Source: Caldisericaceae bacterium
GTDB taxonomy: Bacteria; Caldisericota; Caldisericia; Caldisericales; Caldisericaceae
Direction: 5' to 3'
NCBI GenBank assembly: GCA_049967855.1
Contig: JBMFRX010000005.1
Location: forward strand, 1 to 64,000
Length of the DNA: 64,000 nt
In this document: positions 57,875-64,000 of the stretch, one piece after another
Position numbering within the stretch: the stretch's first letter is position 1
How the letters are laid out: every line of letters starts with the position of its first letter
Translations under genes and position numbers: made by a program
The notes under the pieces: generated by a model
Databases searched by the model: none
The model's input: only the letters and a program-made list of their open reading frames with translations
What the model was told of the DNA's origin: nothing

Positions 57875-59298
57875 TGGAAATAAAGTTTGGAACATCTGGC
57901 TGGAGGGGAGTAATAGCAGAGGATTTCACTTTTGAGAATGTGAGGATAGCAACCAAAGGTATAGCTATTTACCTAACTTCGAAAAATGCAAAATCAGTTG
58001 TAATGGGCTATGACACAAGATTTTTGTCAGAGGATTTCGCAGCAGTTGCATCAAAAATCTTGGCCAAAGCGGGCATAAAGGTTTTCTTATCAACAAATGA
58101 CCTGCCAACCCCTGTAATTGCTTACGAAATAAGGAAGAGGCAAGCTGATGGAGGAATAAATTTCACTGCATCGCACAATGATTACATTTATAATGGATTG
58201 AAATTCTCAGCTAAGTCTGGTGGTCCAGCTTTGCCTGAGGACACTCAGCAGATAGAGAGCAACATAAACAGGATTCTTGCAAATAAAAGTGGCTTTGATA
58301 TAGAATATACTGAAGAAAGTGATTTAATAGAGACTTTTGAGAGCACAACTTACAGTGAAGATTTAGTTAAGTTGATTGACCTTGAGCCAATTAAGAGCAG
58401 AAAGCTCTCGGTAGTTTATGAACCTTTTTTTGGTACAGGCAGAAGATTCACTCCTGGATTGCTTGAGGGCATTACCAACTTTACAATGATTCACGGAGTG
58501 CGAGACCCTCTTTTTGCTAAGATGCATCCTGAGCCTATTGAGTCAAACCTCATTGACCTCAGGAACGCTGTCGTATCCAAAGGTTGCGACCTTGGCGTTT
58601 CAACCGATGGAGACGCTGACAGATTTGGTTTTGTTGACAAGGATGGCTCTTTTATCAGCCCTGACAAAATTCTATCCATTATCTATTATTATCTTCTTTC
58701 GGAAAGAGGATTCAAAGGAAACGTAGTGAGAACCGTTGCAACTACACACCTGCTCGACAGGATAGCAAAGGGTTTTGGCTTTGAGGCTTTAGAAACTCCC
58801 GTAGGCTTCAAGTATATTGGAGATGCTCTTGAAAAAGGTGAGGCAGTTTTCGGAGGAGAGGAAAGCGGAGGTTTGTCAATTAAAGGCTGGCTTCCTGAAA
58901 AAGATGGAATGCTTGCGATTTTACTTGTCGCTGAAATTGTATCAAGAAGGAAAAAGTCACTTACAGAGTTGTTCAACGAGTTAACCGCAAGATATGGAGA
59001 ATCGTATTCTTCAAGACTTGACTTTCCTTTTGAGGGCAACAAAGAGGCAGTTGAAGGCAATATACTTGAAGAGGTAAGGAAGCTTAAAGAGTCTCAGGTA
59101 ATTGCATCTATTGATGAAGTAGACGGTATAAGAGGAACGATGGATGACGGAAGCTGGATACTCTTCAGGCCGTCTGGCACGGAGCCAAAAATGAGAATTT
59201 ATTTTGAAGCCACTACTCAAGAAAGGCTTAATCAATTGTTAAAGTTTGGCAGGGAGATTTTTAAACAGCCAACAGAGGGAGGCAAAAATGATATTTGA
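57874..59298 (+). CDS. phosphoglucomutase/phosphomannomutase
   Basis: FGTSGWRG, TASHN, DGDADR, GEESGG, RPSGTEP. Confidence 0.95.
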   Translation: MEIKFGTSGWRGVIAEDFTFENVRIATKGIAIYLTSKNAKSVVMGYDTRFLSEDFAAVASKILAKAGIKVFLSTNDLPTPVIAYEIRKRQADGGINFTASHNDYIYNGLKFSAKSGGPALPEDTQQIESNINRILANKSGFDIEYTEESDLIETFESTTYSEDLVKLIDLEPIKSRKLSVVYEPFFGTGRRFTPGLLEGITNFTMIHGVRDPLFAKMHPEPIESNLIDLRNAVVSKGCDLGVSTDGDADRFGFVDKDGSFISPDKILSIIYYYLLSERGFKGNVVRTVATTHLLDRIAKGFGFEALETPVGFKYIGDALEKGEAVFGGEESGGLSIKGWLPEKDGMLAILLVAEIVSRRKKSLTELFNELTARYGESYSSRLDFPFEGNKEAVEGNILEEVRKLKESQVIASIDEVDGIRGTMDDGSWILFRPSGTEPKMRIYFEATTQERLNQLLKFGREIFKQPTEGGKNDI

Positions 59299-60694
59299 TT
59301 TTTATAATGCACTTTTGGAAAGAGTTGGCAGTAACGGCATTGAATACAGTGAAATTGAGGGCTACAAGGAGAGGCTTGAACAGATAAAGAAAGCGATAAG
59401 CGCAAAAAAAGTGAACGACTATTTTGCTCTGACACTTCCGACAGTAATGAAAGAACAATTGAGTGAGATAAAAAGTTATGCAAAGTTCGTCCAGGACGGC
59501 TTTGACAATTTTGTCGTTGTAGGTATGGGTGGGTCTTCGCTTGGCAACGAGATGCTCCATTACGCAATGAAGGGTATTTACTACAATGATGGAAAACATA
59601 ATGGACTCCCGAAGATGTATTTTCTTGAGAACATTGACCCCGAATCTACTACAAGACTGCTTGAGAATCTAGATTTAAAAAGGACGATGTTCAATATTAT
59701 CACAAAGTCTGGCGGTACTAGCGAAACGATAATGAATTTTCTTACCATAATCAGGTGCTTGAATGATAAGGGAATTGATTTCAAAAATAATGTTGTCGTG
59801 ACAACTGACCCACAACACGGGTTTCTGAGAAGATTTGCTGGTGAGTATGGAATAAAGTCTTTTTCTATTCCTCAACTGGTTGGCGGAAGGTTCTCTGTGC
59901 TTTCTCCTGTGGGACTTCTCTCTGCGAGCGTGGAAGGAATAGATGTGGAGGCTTTGCTGAATGGAGCAGCGCTTGAAGCAGAAAGAATTGAAAAAGTTGA
60001 TGCGCTTTCTTCTTCTGCTTTTGTTTTCCCTCTTTTGCAATTTTTGTTGCAAAAAAACAGGAAGGTAAATATCACTTCCATCCTTAGTTACTCAGATGGC
60101 TTAAGCTACTTTGGCAGATGGTACACGCAACTGCTTGCAGAAAGCATTGGCAAGGAGAGCAGCAGGGATGGCGAAACTATAAATGCAGGAATTACCCCGC
60201 TTCCTACAAAAGGGGCTACTGACCAGCACTCCATACTTCAGCTCTTTATGGAAGGCCCATTTGACAAGTTGATAGTATTCCTAAGCGTTGACAAATACAA
60301 CAGCACTACTAACACAGGTAATGTTCTAAATTCAGATGACGAGACAATAAGCTATCTGCAAAACAAGAATTACACCGACCTTATAAAAACGGAGTTCTTG
60401 ACAACACGACTTGCATTGACGAGTAAAGGCCGACCGAATGTCACCTTTAAGCTTGACTCTGTTAACGAGGAGGAGTTAGGAAGATTAATCTACTCATTTG
60501 AATACGGGGTAATTGTGTTAGGGGAGCTTCTTAACATTAATGCAATTAATCAACCAGCAGTGGAACTTGGCAAGAGATTCACCTACGCATTAATGGGAAG
60601 AAAAGGGTTTGACAAGGAGAAGGAAGAATTTTTCAACCTTGCAAAAGGGAACGATAAATATGTAATTAAAGAGGCAATTAATGAAAAGAACTGA
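59288..60694 (+). CDS. pgi: glucose-6-phosphate isomerase
   Basis: GMGGSSLG, KSGGTSET, GGRFSVL, AESIGK, DQHS, QPAVELGK. Confidence 0.95.
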   Translation: MIFDFYNALLERVGSNGIEYSEIEGYKERLEQIKKAISAKKVNDYFALTLPTVMKEQLSEIKSYAKFVQDGFDNFVVVGMGGSSLGNEMLHYAMKGIYYNDGKHNGLPKMYFLENIDPESTTRLLENLDLKRTMFNIITKSGGTSETIMNFLTIIRCLNDKGIDFKNNVVVTTDPQHGFLRRFAGEYGIKSFSIPQLVGGRFSVLSPVGLLSASVEGIDVEALLNGAALEAERIEKVDALSSSAFVFPLLQFLLQKNRKVNITSILSYSDGLSYFGRWYTQLLAESIGKESSRDGETINAGITPLPTKGATDQHSILQLFMEGPFDKLIVFLSVDKYNSTTNTGNVLNSDDETISYLQNKNYTDLIKTEFLTTRLALTSKGRPNVTFKLDSVNEEELGRLIYSFEYGVIVLGELLNINAINQPAVELGKRFTYALMGRKGFDKEKEEFFNLAKGNDKYVIKEAINEKN

Positions 60695-61826
60695 TAAGAT
60701 TATTGCAGTTGTTCTTGTAGTTTTTTTTTCTTTTTCGGCAGGGTACATTGCTGGTTACAAATATCCGCCATTTAACTTAGCGACTTTGTCTAACAACAAC
60801 CATACTCTTTTGATTCAGACTGCTGATACCATCGAAAAGAACTTTTACAAAAATGTTACCGAGGAGTCTCTAATTAAGGGAATGGTTGATTCGCTTAACG
60901 ATCCCTACACTGTTTTTATGAACCCTGAAGAAACAAATGCGCTTAACGAGGAAATAAGTGGAACTTATGCAGGCATCGGGGTAGTGATACAGGAGAACGC
61001 AACTTACAAGCTGCCTCAAATACTAACTGTTTTTCAGCCATCTCCTGCTTTTTCAGCTGGGCTTAAGAAAGGAGATATCATCCGAACTGCCGATGGGAAG
61101 GACCTTAAAGGGCTAAACCTTGACGAGGTTTCTCTCATCATCAAAGGCAAAATAGGCACAAAGGTTACTTTGACAATACTGAGAGGCAAAGAGACACTCA
61201 CCTTTCAGGTGGAAAGAGCAACAATTAACATTCCTCTTATAAATGTTAAATACCTTGATAATGGAAATATAGGATACCTCCAGATGAATATGTTCTCTGA
61301 AGGGCTTTCTACAGCAGTTAGTAAGGCGCTTGACGGGTTTAAGGCAAAGAACGTAAAAGGCATAATTCTTGACTTGAGAGATAATCCAGGCGGATTACTA
61401 TCGGAAGCTCAAGGTGTCGCAGGTGACTTTATGAATTCGAATATCCTCCTGTGGACCAAGGACAGAAATGGCGTTGAGAAGCCGCTTGACTTCACCGGGA
61501 AAAAGCTTAATCTTCCAGTTGTTATCCTTGTGAATGGTGGCACTGCCAGCGCATCTGAAATTTTCACTGGTGCAATGAAATACTACGGAGAAGCCACTGT
61601 CGTTGGAGAAAAAACATTTGGAAAAGGTGTAATTCAGCAAGTATTCAATTTGCCTGGTAACTATACCGTGAAGGTAACTATTGAAGAGTATTTGCTCCCC
61701 GATAAGACTTCGATTAACGGAAAGGGTATCGAACCAGATGTTGTTGTTGCAAATAACCCAGATAATGTGGATGTCGATGCTCAACTTGACAAAGCAGTTG
61801 AGATAATTAAAGGTAAAATAAAGTGA
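60681..61826 (+). CDS. C-terminal processing protease, S41 family with PDZ
   Basis: LNDPY, DLRDNPGG, TASASE, TFGKG, GIEPD. Confidence 0.95.
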   Translation: MKRTDKIIAVVLVVFFSFSAGYIAGYKYPPFNLATLSNNNHTLLIQTADTIEKNFYKNVTEESLIKGMVDSLNDPYTVFMNPEETNALNEEISGTYAGIGVVIQENATYKLPQILTVFQPSPAFSAGLKKGDIIRTADGKDLKGLNLDEVSLIIKGKIGTKVTLTILRGKETLTFQVERATINIPLINVKYLDNGNIGYLQMNMFSEGLSTAVSKALDGFKAKNVKGIILDLRDNPGGLLSEAQGVAGDFMNSNILLWTKDRNGVEKPLDFTGKKLNLPVVILVNGGTASASEIFTGAMKYYGEATVVGEKTFGKGVIQQVFNLPGNYTVKVTIEEYLLPDKTSINGKGIEPDVVVANNPDNVDVDAQLDKAVEIIKGKIK

Positions 61827-62380
61827 TAATTATCGTCTCGGGTCCCTCAGGAGTTGGCAAGGGCACTGTAGTGAAGGAAATTGGCAAGCGCTTAAGCGAC
61901 CTAAAGATAGGAATCACCTGTACTACCCGTAAACCCAGGGTGGGTGAGAAAAATGGTGTCGATTACTACTTTGTAAGCGAAGAGGAGTTTGAAAAGCTAG
62001 TAAGCGAGAATAGGCTCGCCGAGCACTCATTGGTGCACGGGAACCACTATGGTACTCCAATGGATGAAATTGAACAAGGACTCCACGATATGGATATCGT
62101 ATTTCAAATTGATGTTCAGGGGGCAAAGAAAATTAAGAACCTCTACAATGATGCCTTGCTTATCTTTCTAATGCCGCCAAGCCTGGATAGCCTTCTGTTA
62201 CGACTCAACGGAAGGGGCACAGAAACAGCAGAAGAGAGGGATAGAAGGATAAAGCGTGCACAGGAGGAAATGGAAGAGCGTATCTATTACGATTATATTG
62301 TGACTAATGACAATCTTGAGAAGGCTGTAAACGAAATAATTGACATCATAAAAAGTGAAAGATTGAATAGAGGGGCTTGA
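61823..62380 (+). CDS. gmk: guanylate kinase
   Basis: SGPSGVGKGT, TTRKPR, DYYF, YGT, IDVQG. Confidence 0.97.
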   Translation: MIIIVSGPSGVGKGTVVKEIGKRLSDLKIGITCTTRKPRVGEKNGVDYYFVSEEEFEKLVSENRLAEHSLVHGNHYGTPMDEIEQGLHDMDIVFQIDVQGAKKIKNLYNDALLIFLMPPSLDSLLLRLNGRGTETAEERDRRIKRAQEEMEERIYYDYIVTNDNLEKAVNEIIDIIKSERLNRGA

Positions 62381-62394
62381 GCAATCAGCCCCCC
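62371..62394. terminator. hairpin spanning the convergent stop codons of gmk and the surface protein gene
   Basis: GGGGCTTGA-gcaa-TCAGCCCC. Confidence 0.5.
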
Positions 62395-64000
62395 ATTTGT
62401 ATTGTAATTTCCTTTGAAGTCGAATTGTAACTAACTGTCCCGTCAAATGATTCCCCAATGAACCTCAGTGGAACCATTGTTCTTCCTGGAGGAATTATTG
62501 TAGGTGCAACATCAAGTGTTGTATTTTGAAGATTGACTTTAGCGGTTTTGTTTCCAATCCATAGCTCTATTAGCTTTGGAGCAAGAGTATCTGTTGCTTC
62601 GCGTCTTATCGTAACTTTACGCGTATTAGAATCCCATTCGACAGATGCGCCAAATGCCTGAGAAATAAAACGGACAGGAACAAGGGTTCTTTCAGAAAGT
62701 TTGTCTATAAACGGTGCTGCGTCAAGTTTTATAAGGTTTCCGTTGACATAAGCATTCGTTGAGCCAATTGTGAGTTTAACTGTAACTGCTCCTGTTGGGA
62801 TGATTTTAAAATTGATGTACACAGTTTCATCTCCACCGTTTGATGATATTTTTACTGGAATCGAGTAGGAGTCAGGATTGAGGCTTGAGGAATCTATTGA
62901 AAAGGAAAGCAAGGTAGCAGCCGAAAATGATGTCGAGCTGAATTTTACAAAGGAGGGCGCATTTATCGTGCCTGACAGAATACCTGAACCAGCGTTTTCA
63001 ATTGGAATCTTTCCTTCAAAAGTGCTACCCTTTTGAATTGTTCCAAGGTCAATGATATTGTTCGGGAGCAAAACAGGATTCCCAAGGTTCACAGAGAAAA
63101 CGTTTCCATTTGTATCGCCAAAGTACATATTTCTGGTTGCGCCATCAATGAAGATTGCAGACGGACTGGTTAGAGTGTCTGGAAACAAAGGGTAAAAAGC
63201 TGTACCATTTGCGGAAGAATACACGCCGAATGTAGAGAGAACCACAAAAATCCTGTTTGAATAATTAAGAAGAGACAGAACATAAGGATTGCCAGCTTTC
63301 ACGCTAATAGATTTTAGAGCAGTAGGATTGCTTATTGGGGCTGTAAACATTCCTTGATTAGTTCCAACGAAAAGAGAGCTTCCAAGGTAAGATAGAGACG
63401 TGATTGAGTAGTCCTTTAAAATATTGCTCCAGTTACAAGTTTCTCCCAAATTGTCAGAGTAAAATAGCCCAAAATGGTCAGTTCCCAAAAAACACCTGCC
63501 AGAGGGAGCCTTTAAAAAAGAAGTCGTTCGCAGAGTTGGAAGGCCTCCATTTCGCTCCACCCACGTTGTTCCGCCGTCGAAACTCACGTGAAAACCGCTG
63601 CAAACCGAAGTAACATATATAGTTGAACCATCTGAATTTACTGAAGTCACCGTTGGACAATCTACCTTGGCGCTAAGTGAGCTCCAGCTGTCAGCGTTGT
63701 ATTTTCCTGAATACAATCCACCATTTTTTGTCCCGATGAAAACGGTATCGTTCACTTTGGTAACGCCAGAAATTGAAAGGTCCTCTAAGCCCTTGTTTTT
63801 TTGAGTAAACGTTTTGCCACTGTTTAAGGAAACGTAAAGGCCGTTATCTGTTCCAACAAAAACCTTTTCGTTTTCTGAGAAAATTGTCGTAACTTGGTAT
63901 GGGAGAGAGGTTACTTTATTCAACACGCTCAAAGCGGCTGCACTAAGCCCATATGAAAATACAAGAAAACAAATTAACAAATAAAATACAGCTTTTTTAA
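62385..64000 (-). CDS. secreted surface protein: beta-propeller/BNR repeats + Ig-like + copper-amine-oxidase-like stalk domain (start just outside the window)
   Basis: Frame is open to the edge (KKAVFYLLIC signal peptide); SLNSGKTF and SFDGGTTW repeats; RTLVPVRFISQAFGASVEWD and RTMVPLRFIGE. Confidence 0.85.
   Translation of the reverse strand, partial: KKAVFYLLICFLVFSYGLSAAALSVLNKVTSLPYQVTTIFSENEKVFVGTDNGLYVSLNSGKTFTQKNKGLEDLSISGVTKVNDTVFIGTKNGGLYSGKYNADSWSSLSAKVDCPTVTSVNSDGSTIYVTSVCSGFHVSFDGGTTWVERNGGLPTLRTTSFLKAPSGRCFLGTDHFGLFYSDNLGETCNWSNILKDYSITSLSYLGSSLFVGTNQGMFTAPISNPTALKSISVKAGNPYVLSLLNYSNRIFVVLSTFGVYSSANGTAFYPLFPDTLTSPSAIFIDGATRNMYFGDTNGNVFSVNLGNPVLLPNNIIDLGTIQKGSTFEGKIPIENAGSGILSGTINAPSFVKFSSTSFSAATLLSFSIDSSSLNPDSYSIPVKISSNGGDETVYINFKIIPTGAVTVKLTIGSTNAYVNGNLIKLDAAPFIDKLSERTLVPVRFISQAFGASVEWDSNTRKVTIRREATDTLAPKLIELWIGNKTAKVNLQNTTLDVAPTIIPPGRTMVPLRFIGESFDGTVSYNSTSKEITIQMGG

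Overview
A 64 kb, AT-rich bacterial chromosome segment made mostly of housekeeping and metabolic operons. The gene content and a C-terminal copper-amine-oxidase-like 'stalk' surface protein suggest an anaerobe such as Caldisericia; this is inference only. In order: the 5' end of a probable Type III R-M methyltransferase missed by the ORF track; an MFS transporter; an ECF sigma/anti-sigma/Lia-Psp-like envelope stress operon with a duplicated B-box-like zinc finger; DUF4388; two degV; dcd; a preT-preA-xanthine dehydrogenase-Moco-8-oxoguanine deaminase operon; rimP-nusA-infB-rsmI; a stop-split DUF4349 gene; a YheO-type regulator-aconitase-icd-ATP citrate lyase (aclBA) operon; ispE; pheS-pheT-polX-mutS2-exonuclease/DinG-like; rpsU (also missed by the ORF track); a second purine cluster (ssnA, ade, allB-like, BMP/ABC transporter, ThrC-like PLP enzyme); a glycogen operon (GH57, GalT-like, glgA, pgm, pgi) with no glgC; ctpA; gmk; and a surface protein. 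I found no rRNA, tRNA, CRISPR or IS. Best leads: (1) a possible variant anaerobic purine-degradation route in which an altered PreTA and a ThrC-like enzyme may stand in for YgfK and DpaL; (2) the regulated acn-icd-aclBA operon; (3) an ECF promoter motif TG(T/G)AAC-N16-GAGT shared by two loci; (4) repeated 16-bp spacing in housekeeping promoters; (5) a GalT-like enzyme in place of GlgC. All assignments come from reading motifs by eye, with no database searches.
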